Shown piece by piece: positions 1 through 9,039 of a stretch of 64,000 bases of DNA (positions are counted from its first letter, which is position 1; each line of letters begins with the position of its first letter). The position numbers and the translations under genes were made by a program. The notes beneath the pieces were generated by a model. The model was not told where the DNA came from, searched no databases, and worked only from the letters and a program-made list of their open reading frames with translations. The DNA is from Nocardioides sp. (lineage in GTDB: Bacteria > Actinomycetota > Actinomycetes > Propionibacteriales > Nocardioidaceae), in assembly GCA_025965335.1 (NCBI GenBank), contig JAOPXC010000370.1, forward strand, positions 2,397-66,396, in the 5' to 3' direction.

Positions 1-1
1 T

Positions 2-1117
2 GTCCTGGAAGACCTCAAGCGCGAGCAGGACTTCAACGCCCGCGAGTCCCGGCTCAACTCCGTCGACCTGGACCAGGTCGTCGACACCCGCACCGGTGGT
101 ATCGAGATCGAGACCCCGGAAGAGCGCACCGCGAAGCGGGACGCCCAGTACGCACGGGCGTTCGACGCCTACGCCCGTGGCGGTGCCCAGGAGCTGAACA
201 CCGAGCAGCGCAACCTGCTGCTGGCCAACTCCGTGGACGACCCGGAGCTGCGCGCGCAGGCCACCACCTCCGGTGGCGCTGGTGGGTATCTGATCCCGCC
301 GGGCTACCGGGCGATCATCATCGAGAAGATGAAGGCGTTCGGCGGCCTGCTGAACTACGCCACCGTCATCAATACCAGCACCGGCAACCCGCTGCAGTGG
401 CCGACCGTGGACGACACCGGCAACGTCGGTGTGCTCCAGGCGGAAGGCACCACGGTCAGCCCGGTTTCGCTGACGTTCGGAACCGCGACCCTGGGCGCGT
501 ACATGTACACCTCCGGGATCGTGCTGGCGTCGCTGCAGATCCTGCAGGACTCCATCTTCCCGCTGGACACCTGGCTGCCCGAGCACCTCGGCACCCGCAT
601 CGGCCGCAAGGTCGCGGCGGACCTGATCTCCGGTACCGGTTCGAGCCAGCCCCTGGGCGTCGCCACCAACGCCCCGGTCAAGGTGACCGGCGCCGCTGGC
701 TTCGGCATCACCTACAACAACCTGATCGACCTGGAGCACTCGCTCGATCCGGCGTACCGGCAGAACTGCCGGTTCCTGATGAACGACACCACCCTGTCGG
801 TGATCCGGAAGATCGTGGACGGCTACGGCCGGCCGCTGTGGGTGCCGGTGCCCGTGCCGGGCATGGCCCCGACGATCAACGGCCAGCCCTACGCGATCGA
901 CCAGGGTATGGCAGCCCCCGGCGCCAGCACCAAGTCGATCCTGTTCGGCGACTTTGCCCGCGCCTACCTGGTGCGGCACGTCCTGGACATGCAGATGGTT
1001 CGTTTCGGCGAGCGCTACATGGATCTGCTGCAGGTCGGTTTCATGGCGTTCACCCGCCTCGACGCCACCCTGCAGGACTCCAGCGCCGTCGGCGCTCTGC
1101 AGCACGGCGCTTCCTGA
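2..1117 (+). CDS. Major capsid protein, HK97 fold (5' truncated by window edge)
   Basis: Frame is open from position 2 into ORF 233..1117; GGYLIP motif, helical N-terminal region, ILFGDF..AY and QVGF.AF.R.D C-terminal motifs typical of HK97-family capsids. Confidence 0.95.
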   Translation, partial: VLEDLKREQDFNARESRLNSVDLDQVVDTRTGGIEIETPEERTAKRDAQYARAFDAYARGGAQELNTEQRNLLLANSVDDPELRAQATTSGGAGGYLIPPGYRAIIIEKMKAFGGLLNYATVINTSTGNPLQWPTVDDTGNVGVLQAEGTTVSPVSLTFGTATLGAYMYTSGIVLASLQILQDSIFPLDTWLPEHLGTRIGRKVAADLISGTGSSQPLGVATNAPVKVTGAAGFGITYNNLIDLEHSLDPAYRQNCRFLMNDTTLSVIRKIVDGYGRPLWVPVPVPGMAPTINGQPYAIDQGMAAPGASTKSILFGDFARAYLVRHVLDMQMVRFGERYMDLLQVGFMAFTRLDATLQDSSAVGALQHGAS

Positions 1118-1136
1118 CCTATCTCACTACGAATTC

Positions 1137-1173
1137 CCGCACGGCCCCGCAGCTCCCCGGCGGGGCCGTGCGG
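1137..1173 (+). terminator. Stem-loop after capsid gene
   Basis: Perfect 14-bp inverted repeat CCGCACGGCCCCGC / GCGGGGCCGTGCGG with 9-nt loop; no U-tract. Confidence 0.7.
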
Positions 1174-1205
1174 TGCTCAGACCACAATTTTCGTAAGGAG
1201 CTGTC

Positions 1206-1457
1206 ATGGCTGTGCGTAAAGCCAATTCGGACGACACATCCAAGCCAGTCGACAACGCCAAGGACGAAGAGCCCGTAGGCGAGCGCACCCCGCACGTCCT
1301 GCGGAAAGTCGATGGCACCCCGTGGCACGACAAGGGTTTCAAGCTCTACCTCCCGGAAGGTGTCTCCGACGAGGAGAAGGCCGCCGCGTGGAACGCGGAT
1401 GGCGAACTGCCTCCCGAGGGCGGGATCGAGTACTACCCGGTGCCCGAGCAGTTCTGA
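1206..1457 (+). CDS. Hypothetical protein (head region)
   Basis: AAGGAG RBS, high GC3, TGATG overlap with next gene. Confidence 0.8.
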   Translation: MAVRKANSDDTSKPVDNAKDEEPVGERTPHVLRKVDGTPWHDKGFKLYLPEGVSDEEKAAAWNADGELPPEGGIEYYPVPEQF

Positions 1458-1669
1458 TGCCCCGGGTTCGCATGAAGGACTCGATCGCCAACCGGAACTA
1501 CTCGTTCTATCGGGGCGAGCTGGTTGACGTCAGCCCCGAAGAGGCCCAGGTCTGGATCGCGGCCGACATGGCCGAGCTGGTCACCGAGGAACGGATTCTG
1601 ACACCCGAGCGCGATCAGCGTTCCGAGGTCCGTCGCGGCCCTGGTCGTCCCCGCAAGCATCCCCGCTAG
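1457..1669 (+). CDS. Small protein with C-terminal AT-hook-like RRGPGRPRK
   Basis: ATG overlaps upstream stop; MPRVRMKDSIANR...; position after capsid typical of small head-associated genes. Confidence 0.75.
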   Translation: MPRVRMKDSIANRNYSFYRGELVDVSPEEAQVWIAADMAELVTEERILTPERDQRSEVRRGPGRPRKHPR

Positions 1670-1678
1670 GAGACGGTC

Positions 1679-2383
1679 ATGACGGTCATGGACTACATCA
1701 CCGTCGACCAGCTGAAGACTGCGCTGCAAATCAAGAACGACTCGAATGACGATTTGCTAGCGACGGCCATCACCGCTGCGTCGCGGCGGATCGACGAACA
1801 CTGCCGTGACCAATTCTGGTCGGCAGATACCCCGAGTGCTCGCGTGTTGGCTCCGGATTATCCCGGTGACATCTGGACCGGGGCGTACGCCTCCACGGTC
1901 GGGATGACGGTTGAAACCGATGAGGACAACGACGGGGTGTTCGAAACCCTGTGGGGTGCCCTTGACTGGCAGGCGGAGCCGCTGGTTCCGCAGGCCGGGG
2001 CTCCGTTCAATCGGGTGGTCGCGGTCGGGAACCGGTTCTTTCCGGGATCTCGCAAGCACCCGTATCTGGCCTTTCCCTACAACGGCTATGGCTACGGGTA
2101 CGCGGGCGGCCCCGGTCAAACCCTGTACGGCCAGTCCCGCCGCGCTCGGGTGCGTATCACGGCCAGGTGGGGTTGGCCGGCGGTACCAGCCCAGGTCATG
2201 CAGGCCTGCCAGATCCTGGCCATCGACTACTACAAGTCGAAGGACTTCACCAACGGATCGGCCGGCACCACCGGGCTGTCCACCGGCGTTTTCGGTGGGC
2301 AGAAGGGTATTCAGCTGCACTCCGGGATCAACCCGTTGGCGTGCAGCCTGTTGCGGGGTTTGCGTGACGTGGTCGTCGCATGA
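1679..2383 (+). CDS. Head-to-tail adaptor/connector
   Basis: YITVDQLK..L, AASRRID..C.R, RVRITARWGWPAVP..V.QAC motifs; synteny. Confidence 0.85.
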   Translation: MTVMDYITVDQLKTALQIKNDSNDDLLATAITAASRRIDEHCRDQFWSADTPSARVLAPDYPGDIWTGAYASTVGMTVETDEDNDGVFETLWGALDWQAEPLVPQAGAPFNRVVAVGNRFFPGSRKHPYLAFPYNGYGYGYAGGPGQTLYGQSRRARVRITARWGWPAVPAQVMQACQILAIDYYKSKDFTNGSAGTTGLSTGVFGGQKGIQLHSGINPLACSLLRGLRDVVVA

Positions 2384-2796
2384 ACCGGCTCTCCGCACTA
2401 CGGGAAGCCATCGCGGCCCGCCTGGGCAACATCGACGACTTCACCATCTACCCACGGATCACCGATACGGCGAATGTGCCGTGCGCGTGGGTGGTGCCGG
2501 ATCGCCCGCTGGTCGATTACCAGCAGGTGTTTCGGGGTGCGGTCGGTCAGTGGAATTTCCTGGTGGAGATCATCACGAACCGCATCGACATCGAGTCGGC
2601 GCAAGACTTCCTGGACGAGTACATCGACCCGGACGGCCCGTTCGTGACCCGCCTGCAGGACGACACCATCTCGGATGCTCTGTCGGAGCTCACCAGTAAC
2701 GCCGTCCAAGTACTCGCCGCTTCCCGGTACGGGTCTTACAGGGTCGGTGGCACCACCTATTTAGGCATCCAACTGTCTTTGCAGTTGTGGGCTTAG
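2380..2796 (+). CDS. Tail terminator / neck protein
   Basis: 138 aa, LSALREAIAARL start, ATGA overlap, synteny. Confidence 0.65.
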   Translation: MNRLSALREAIAARLGNIDDFTIYPRITDTANVPCAWVVPDRPLVDYQQVFRGAVGQWNFLVEIITNRIDIESAQDFLDEYIDPDGPFVTRLQDDTISDALSELTSNAVQVLAASRYGSYRVGGTTYLGIQLSLQLWA

Positions 2797-2805
2797 GAGA
2801 AACCA

Positions 2806-3006
2806 ATGGCTAGCAAGCCTGCTGGCGTGAGCTATGTCGTGGATCGGCCATTTGACCGGGTCGATGCCGGGAAGAACAAATCCTTCAAGGTCGGTGACCC
2901 GTATGCGGGTGACGACGTTGAGCTGTACCTCGAAATCGGTCTAATCGTCCCGGCATCTGCCGGGTCTAACCAACCTGGTAACGATGATGGGAGTGCGGCT
3001 AAATGA
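2806..3006 (+). CDS. Hypothetical protein
   Basis: AGGAG RBS; ATGA overlap with next gene. Confidence 0.7.
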   Translation: MASKPAGVSYVVDRPFDRVDAGKNKSFKVGDPYAGDDVELYLEIGLIVPASAGSNQPGNDDGSAAK

Positions 3007-3761
3007 CCGCTCAGGTGTATGTCGGCCGGAATGTTGCGGTCGCGTTTGACCAGTACGACATGTCCGGTAACGGTAACGAGCTGAAGGCCAAGCGGGACGC
3101 CGCGACGATCGACGCGACGGTGTTCGGCGACAGGTTCTCCTACGACCTGGCCGGTATCCAGAAGGCGTCGATCGAGCTCAAGGGTTTCTACACCCCCGGC
3201 TACAACAACATCGACGGGATCGTGAACCAGCGGTTCGGTCAGGACTCCGATGTCCTCGCCGCGTACGGCGCCCTCGGGTGGCCGTTGGGTGGCCCGATGG
3301 TCATGCAGCCGTCGGTTATCACCAAGTACGACATCGACGCGAAGCTGAAGGGTGCGGTCACGATCGACTGCACCATGATGGCCCGTGGTTACGTCGATGA
3401 CGGCTACATCCTGCTGTCCCCGAACCAGTTCACCACGGTCACCGGCACGTCCACCGCGTTGGACAACACCCCGAACGGTGGGGCGACCGTCGCGGGCGCG
3501 AACGCGCAGCTGCACGTCTTCTCCGTCACGGGCACGACCCCGTCGCTGACGATGAAGCTGCAGGGTTCCCCGGACGGCACCACCTGGACCGACATCCCCG
3601 GAATGTTGTTCTCGGCGGCGACCACCGCGTCGGCGCAGCGCCTGGTGCTACCGAAGCAGCAGACGATCCCGGCTCAGGTGCGGGCCAACTGGACGATCTC
3701 GGGTACGAACCCCTCGTTCCTGGCCCTGCTCGGTTTCGCGCGCGGCGTCGTCTACAGCTAA
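3003..3761 (+). CDS. Major tail (tube) protein with C-terminal beta-sandwich
   Basis: D.SG..NE, DATVFG...GI...SI motifs; QGSPDGTTWTD C-terminal domain; position before chaperones. Confidence 0.7.
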   Translation: MTAQVYVGRNVAVAFDQYDMSGNGNELKAKRDAATIDATVFGDRFSYDLAGIQKASIELKGFYTPGYNNIDGIVNQRFGQDSDVLAAYGALGWPLGGPMVMQPSVITKYDIDAKLKGAVTIDCTMMARGYVDDGYILLSPNQFTTVTGTSTALDNTPNGGATVAGANAQLHVFSVTGTTPSLTMKLQGSPDGTTWTDIPGMLFSAATTASAQRLVLPKQQTIPAQVRANWTISGTNPSFLALLGFARGVVYS

Positions 3762-4189
3762 TGGCGGAAATCCGCATTGACGCGGAGTGGGACGGGCTCG
3801 ACGGCGTGGCTGACATGTTGAAACGTGTCGAGTACGTCCTCGAGCCCCCCGGCCTCACCGAAGTGCTCTCCCCGGGCGCGGACGCGTTCGTGGAGACGAT
3901 GAAACAAGCGGCCCCCACGAAGACCGGGGCTTTGCGTGACTCCATCGACAAACACGTCGACGGCGAAGGCTGGTTGATCACCGGTAACACGGTTTACAAC
4001 AACATCCAGAACTCGGGTGGCGACAACTACGGCAACCCGCTGATGGTGTTCCAAATCGAGGGCCGCACCATCTTCGCCCCACACGTGCACATCCCCGGCA
4101 CCCACTACGTGGAGTTGGGGTTCGAGGCCGGCCGTGAACCAGCGGTGGCGGCGACGGAGGAAGCGGTCCAGGCCGCAATCGAAAGCTGA
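3761..4189 (+). CDS. HK97 gp10-like neck/tail completion protein
   Basis: APTKTGALRDSI motif, VHIPGT motif. Confidence 0.75.
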   Translation: MAEIRIDAEWDGLDGVADMLKRVEYVLEPPGLTEVLSPGADAFVETMKQAAPTKTGALRDSIDKHVDGEGWLITGNTVYNNIQNSGGDNYGNPLMVFQIEGRTIFAPHVHIPGTHYVELGFEAGREPAVAATEEAVQAAIES

Positions 4190-4236
4190 CCCCCACGTTG
4201 GGGGTTGTTCGTGCACACAAAACAGGAGACATGAGA

Positions 4237-4701
4237 ATGAGCGAGTTCGACGACGACTTTGAGTTCCCCGAGCTGGTCGACGCCAGCGGCATCCAGTGGA
4301 CCGCCGCCCGCAAACGCATCGACGTCCCGGAGTGGAAGTGCTCGGTGTGGGTGCAGGAGCTGACCGCCGCCGAGATGGACGAGTACCGGGCGCCGATGTT
4401 CGAGATCGACGGCTCCGACTACGAACTGAACATGTCCAACAACACCACCCGGCTGGTGGTGATGGCGGCCCGGCATAAGTCCGGTGCCCGCATTTGGCCG
4501 GACACCGCCCGGGGTATCGCCGTGGTCAACTCGCTGGGCTCCGCCGGCTGTGAACGCATCGCGGATTTGGCCCGGCAGCTGTCGCACATGACGAAGGACT
4601 CGAAGAAGGCGCTTGAGGGAAAATCCGGAGCCGCCCGGAACTCCTCCGTCAACTCGACCTCGCGGCCCACCTCAAGTTCGCCAGCCGACGCGCCTTCTTA
4701 A
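4237..4701 (+). CDS. Tail assembly chaperone (G-like)
   Basis: IDVPEW..SVWV.EL motif; directly upstream of tape measure. Confidence 0.85.
   Translation: MSEFDDDFEFPELVDASGIQWTAARKRIDVPEWKCSVWVQELTAAEMDEYRAPMFEIDGSDYELNMSNNTTRLVVMAARHKSGARIWPDTARGIAVVNSLGSAGCERIADLARQLSHMTKDSKKALEGKSGAARNSSVNSTSRPTSSSPADAPS
4617..4623 (+). promoter_or_regulatory. -1 programmed frameshift site G GGA AAA giving G-T fusion chaperone ending at 4922
   Basis: X XXY YYZ heptamer in the correct phase; -1 frame is open from 4620 and runs into ORF 4725..4922 (LAEWDAW...GPFG.ER.D). Confidence 0.9.
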
Positions 4702-4899
4702 GGGCCTGCGGTACGGCCACGGATTTGGCGGAGTGGGACGCGTGGATAGCGATTAGGGGCCCGTTCGGTCAGGAACGCGACGACGCACGCCAAGCCTTGG
4801 CCAGTTTGCGGGGCGCCCAGTACGCCCAAGGCGCGGAAGACCCGGAAGACCTGGAGATGGACCAGTTCGAGCTGAAGTACGGACAACCGGATAGGGGGC

Positions 4900-7800
4900 G
4901 TGAGTTCGATGGCAGATTCTGAGCTCACTATCCGGTTCAACGCCGAAGCCGCCGAGGCGAAGGCGGAGGTCGAAGAGTTCAAGGCGCTGTTGGAGTCGCT
5001 GAAGGACACGAAGCTCACCATCGACGTCGATTTCTCCAAGGTCACCGAGGCGATCGCTGAGGTGGAGGCGTTGAAGGCGGCGCTGACCGATGCCGGCGAC
5101 ACCATCAAGATCGACGTCGACACCTCCGGCGTTGCCGAGGCCGAGGCCGAGCTGGCGACGCTGAAAGCGGCCGAGGAGCTGGTCAAGGAGCCGGTCAAGC
5201 TCGACATCGACACCTCGCAGCTGAAGGAGGCTGAGCAGGGGCTCACCACCCTCGAGTCGACGGTCAACGCGGTGTCGCAGTCGGTGGCCGCGTTCGCCAC
5301 CGACGCCCAGGGGCTGACGACTGCCATCACCTCCATCGAGGGGGCGGCGCAGACCGCTGAGCAGGGCATGACGGCCCTGGAGACGGGGCTGACCACGGTC
5401 GAGCAGGGGGCCACCGCCCTTGAGGGTGGGATGCAGTCCCTCACCGGCGGAATGACCGCGATCGAAGGCGCCGCGCAGGCCGCCGAGGGTGGCATCACCG
5501 CGCTCGAGGGTGGGTTCACCGCCCTCGAGTCGGGCATCACCACCGCCGAGACGGGGTTCATCGTCCTGGAGACCGCGCTGAACGACGTCACCGGCGCGTT
5601 CCAGGTCGTCGAAGGCGGCTTCACCGACGTCGAGCAGGGTGTCGGGCTCGTGGTCGGTGCGATGAACAACCTGGATCAGGTGATCGGCACCGTCACCGGG
5701 TCGATGCAGGGGTTGGCGACGGGCGCCGCGTCCGGGTTCGCCGCCGCCATGGAAACCTTGGCCGGGGTCATTCCGATGGCCGCGATGGCCATGGTTGCGT
5801 TCGCAGCCGCCGCTGCCCTGGCCGCTGTGGCCGCCGCTGCCCTGGTCGCCGCTGTGGCTGCTCTGGCTGTGGTGGCTGTGGCCGCGTTTGCCGGGTTCGG
5901 GATTGCGATGCTGGCCGCCGGGGCGGCGATCACCGGGCTGGTGGTCGCGGCCGAGTCGGGCAACAAGGAAGTGAAGAAGCAGTTCAAGGACTTGGCGACC
6001 GAGGTGAAGAAGGACTTCGCCGAGATCACGAAGCCGTTCGGTCAGGTTTTGCAGCAGATGATCCAGGCGGTGCGGCAGGCGTTGCCGCAGATCGCGGACC
6101 CGCTGAAGAAGGCGTTCCAGACGATCGCCTCAGTGGCTCAGGCGGCCATCCCGAAGGTCGTGGCGTCGCTGAAGGAACTGGCGAACGGCTTCAACGTGAT
6201 CACCCAGACGTTGGCGCCGCAGTTCACCCAGTTCTTCAACGCCCTGCCCGGTCTGATGCAGGCCGGCATCCAGGCTGTGGAGCACATGGCGACCGCGTTC
6301 CACAACGCGAGCGGTGCGTGGGACGCGGCGGTCCCGGCGGCGGAGAAGCTGATCGGGAAGCTGGGCGACCTCGGCGCCACGATGATCACGATCGGATCGA
6401 AGGAAATCACCCCGCTGATCAACGACGTGGGTCGGCTCAGCGACTCGTTCCGGAGCATGGCGGAGAAGGTCCAGCCGGCGATGAAGCCGGCCATGGACGC
6501 CTTCACCGACCTGGGTGTCGCGGTGATGAAGGCCATCGGGGACAGCACCGGGCAGATGAACAAGTTCTCCGGGTCGGTCTCGAGCGCCTCGTCGGCGATC
6601 GGCAAGGAAATCCAGGACATCATCACGATCGTCACCGACCTGGGCACCGATTTCATGAACGCCATCAAGCAATGCGAGCCGGCGTTCAGTGCCCTGAAGG
6701 ACTCTGTCTCCCAGAACGGCCCACAGATCACCTCAATGATCAAGGGTGTCATCGACATCGTGCTCGGCCTGGGTACCGCGATCTCCGACCTGATCGGCAT
6801 GGGCGCGAAGGTCGTCGACTTCTTCGACAAGTGCAAGCTCGCCATCGCACACATGGACGAAGCCCTCGGCACGACCACCCAGTCCGAGCGGGACCTGATC
6901 GCGGCCTCCAACGCCGCCGCGCCCCCGGTGCAAAACCAGGGCGTCGTCATGGCCGACACCGGCGACAAGGCCAAGGGTCTCGCGGACGCCAACAAGAGCG
7001 CCGTGGCACCCACCAACGACCTGGGCGACGCCGCGAAAGACACCGCCGGCAAGATCGGCGACGCGAAGAAGCCGGTCGACGACCTGGGTTCGTCGGTCAA
7101 GGACATCAAGCCCCCGCTGGACGACGCGAAGAGCTCGGTGCAGGGGCTGTCGGACCCGACGAAGCAGGTCGGCACCGATGTGCAGACCCTGGCGAAGCAG
7201 GCGGCGGACGCGAAGCAGCCGCTGACGGATCTGAACACGGCCGCGAGCAACCTGGGGCCGGCGTTCAAGGCCGCGCAGGCGGGCATGGACCCGGTGGTGT
7301 CGGACATGCAGAAGCTGGGTCCGGCGGTCAAGGAAGTGGCCGCCCCGTTCGCGGCTTTCGTGAAGGACGTGACGACGTTCGGTGCGCAGCTGAAGTCGGC
7401 CGGTCCGACGTTCTCGACGTTCGTGAAGGACTTCACCTCCTTCGCAGCGCAGCTCAAGGGTGCCACCGCGCCGTGGGCGACCTTCGTGAAGGACTTGACC
7501 ACGTTCGCGGCTCAGATCAAGTCGGCCGGTCCGACGTGGTCGACGTTCGTGAAGGACATGACAACGTTCGATGCGCAGATCAAGGCCGCGAGCACGATCT
7601 GGACGACGTTCGTGAAGCAGTTCACCCTGTTCGACGCCCAGCTCAAGGCCGTTGGTCCATTGTGGACGGCGTTCGTGAAGTCGTTCACCACGTTCACCGC
7701 GCAGATCAAGACCGCGAACACGATCTGGACGACGTTCGTCAAGCAGTTCACCGCGTTCGACGCCCAACTCAAGGCGGTGTCCCCGCTCTGGTCGGCGTTC

Positions 7801-9039
7801 GTGAAGACGTTCGTGACGTTCACCGCGCGGCTGCAGCAGGCCGTGCAGCGGTTCACCCAGCTGGTGAAGTCGATGCAGCAGTTCGTGCAGGCCATCACCC
7901 AGAGCCTGTCGATATTGAAGCAGTTCGAGCAGGAACTGCAGAAGACCGTCCAGGTGGTGCAGCAGTTCACCCAGTCCATCCAGCAGGCCGACGACATCAC
8001 CGCCCAGTGGACAACGGACCTCGGTACCGCCGTGGAGCAGCTGTACCAGTTGCAGCAGCAGATCATCTACGTGGACCAGTCGGTGCTCGACCTCGAGCAG
8101 GATCTCACCTCGGTCGTGCAGCGCCTCGACGAGATCACCCAGGTTGCCCCGGAAGCCGGCAAGGCCATGCAGCAGTCGTTCGAGGACGGCGACAAGGCGG
8201 CGAAGAAGCTCGACGAGACCGTGAAGAAGCTCATCGAGGATCTGCAAAAGCTGATCTCGTTGATGAAGGAAGCCGGGCTCTCCGGTGGCGGTGGAGGAGG
8301 CGGTGGAGGTACCGGTGGCGCCTCGTCCGCTGGTGCGTCGACCGCGAACGCCGCCGTCGGTGGCGCGACCGCCGCACTGCAGTCCGCGTCGCCGTCGAAG
8401 GTCATGGAGGCGGTCGGCGAGGACTTCAACGCCGGCTTCGCCAACGGCATCACCGGCACCCAAACCGGAGTAGCCGCCGCCGCGACGGCAATGGCGAACG
8501 GGTCCGTGGATGCGGTCAACTCCGCCCTGGAGACCTCGTCGCCGTCGCGGTTGCTGCACCAGATCGGACGTTGGTTCGGTGAGGGCTTCTGGCGGGGTAT
8601 CCGTGAGGAAGAGCGTTGGTGTCGCCAGGCCGCCCACGACACCGGGATCACCGTCATTGAGGTGCTGACGGCGACCGCGACGGTGGACGCACAGAACGTG
8701 GGACAGCTGTTCGGGATCAACCTGGCGAAGGGCATCACCCAGTCCCTCGGGTCGGTGAAGGCCGCCGCCCTCGGGTTGGCCACGGCCGCCACGTCCGAGG
8801 CGACCGCTGTGCTCGGGCACATGGGGCTGCTGGGTATCGCGGGTTCGGGTGCGTCGATGCAGCCGCAGTCCGCGCCGATCTCCCTGTCCTCAGGGCAGGC
8901 CCAGCAGGGCGGTGGCAAGCACTGCGTGCACGAACACCATGTGCACTTGGACGGCAAGGAGCTCCGCATCCTCGCTGATCACCAGATCGAGAAGTTCATC
9001 GACAAGCACACCGCCGCGACGCAGGGCCAGAAGCGATGA
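4900..9039 (+). CDS. Tape measure protein
   Basis: 1379 aa, helical Ala-rich, hydrophobic segment, periodic W/F repeats, two SPS(K/R) motifs near C-terminus, follows chaperones. Confidence 0.95.
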   Translation: MSSMADSELTIRFNAEAAEAKAEVEEFKALLESLKDTKLTIDVDFSKVTEAIAEVEALKAALTDAGDTIKIDVDTSGVAEAEAELATLKAAEELVKEPVKLDIDTSQLKEAEQGLTTLESTVNAVSQSVAAFATDAQGLTTAITSIEGAAQTAEQGMTALETGLTTVEQGATALEGGMQSLTGGMTAIEGAAQAAEGGITALEGGFTALESGITTAETGFIVLETALNDVTGAFQVVEGGFTDVEQGVGLVVGAMNNLDQVIGTVTGSMQGLATGAASGFAAAMETLAGVIPMAAMAMVAFAAAAALAAVAAAALVAAVAALAVVAVAAFAGFGIAMLAAGAAITGLVVAAESGNKEVKKQFKDLATEVKKDFAEITKPFGQVLQQMIQAVRQALPQIADPLKKAFQTIASVAQAAIPKVVASLKELANGFNVITQTLAPQFTQFFNALPGLMQAGIQAVEHMATAFHNASGAWDAAVPAAEKLIGKLGDLGATMITIGSKEITPLINDVGRLSDSFRSMAEKVQPAMKPAMDAFTDLGVAVMKAIGDSTGQMNKFSGSVSSASSAIGKEIQDIITIVTDLGTDFMNAIKQCEPAFSALKDSVSQNGPQITSMIKGVIDIVLGLGTAISDLIGMGAKVVDFFDKCKLAIAHMDEALGTTTQSERDLIAASNAAAPPVQNQGVVMADTGDKAKGLADANKSAVAPTNDLGDAAKDTAGKIGDAKKPVDDLGSSVKDIKPPLDDAKSSVQGLSDPTKQVGTDVQTLAKQAADAKQPLTDLNTAASNLGPAFKAAQAGMDPVVSDMQKLGPAVKEVAAPFAAFVKDVTTFGAQLKSAGPTFSTFVKDFTSFAAQLKGATAPWATFVKDLTTFAAQIKSAGPTWSTFVKDMTTFDAQIKAASTIWTTFVKQFTLFDAQLKAVGPLWTAFVKSFTTFTAQIKTANTIWTTFVKQFTAFDAQLKAVSPLWSAFVKTFVTFTARLQQAVQRFTQLVKSMQQFVQAITQSLSILKQFEQELQKTVQVVQQFTQSIQQADDITAQWTTDLGTAVEQLYQLQQQIIYVDQSVLDLEQDLTSVVQRLDEITQVAPEAGKAMQQSFEDGDKAAKKLDETVKKLIEDLQKLISLMKEAGLSGGGGGGGGGTGGASSAGASTANAAVGGATAALQSASPSKVMEAVGEDFNAGFANGITGTQTGVAAAATAMANGSVDAVNSALETSSPSRLLHQIGRWFGEGFWRGIREEERWCRQAAHDTGITVIEVLTATATVDAQNVGQLFGINLAKGITQSLGSVKAAALGLATAATSEATAVLGHMGLLGIAGSGASMQPQSAPISLSSGQAQQGGGKHCVHEHHVHLDGKELRILADHQIEKFIDKHTAATQGQKR

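Noticed and set aside
6318-8820. Long alternative ORFs (754 aa +, 695 aa -) overlapping the tape measure
   Set aside because: Shadow frames caused by high GC3; Arg/Gly/Pro-rich with no motifs.
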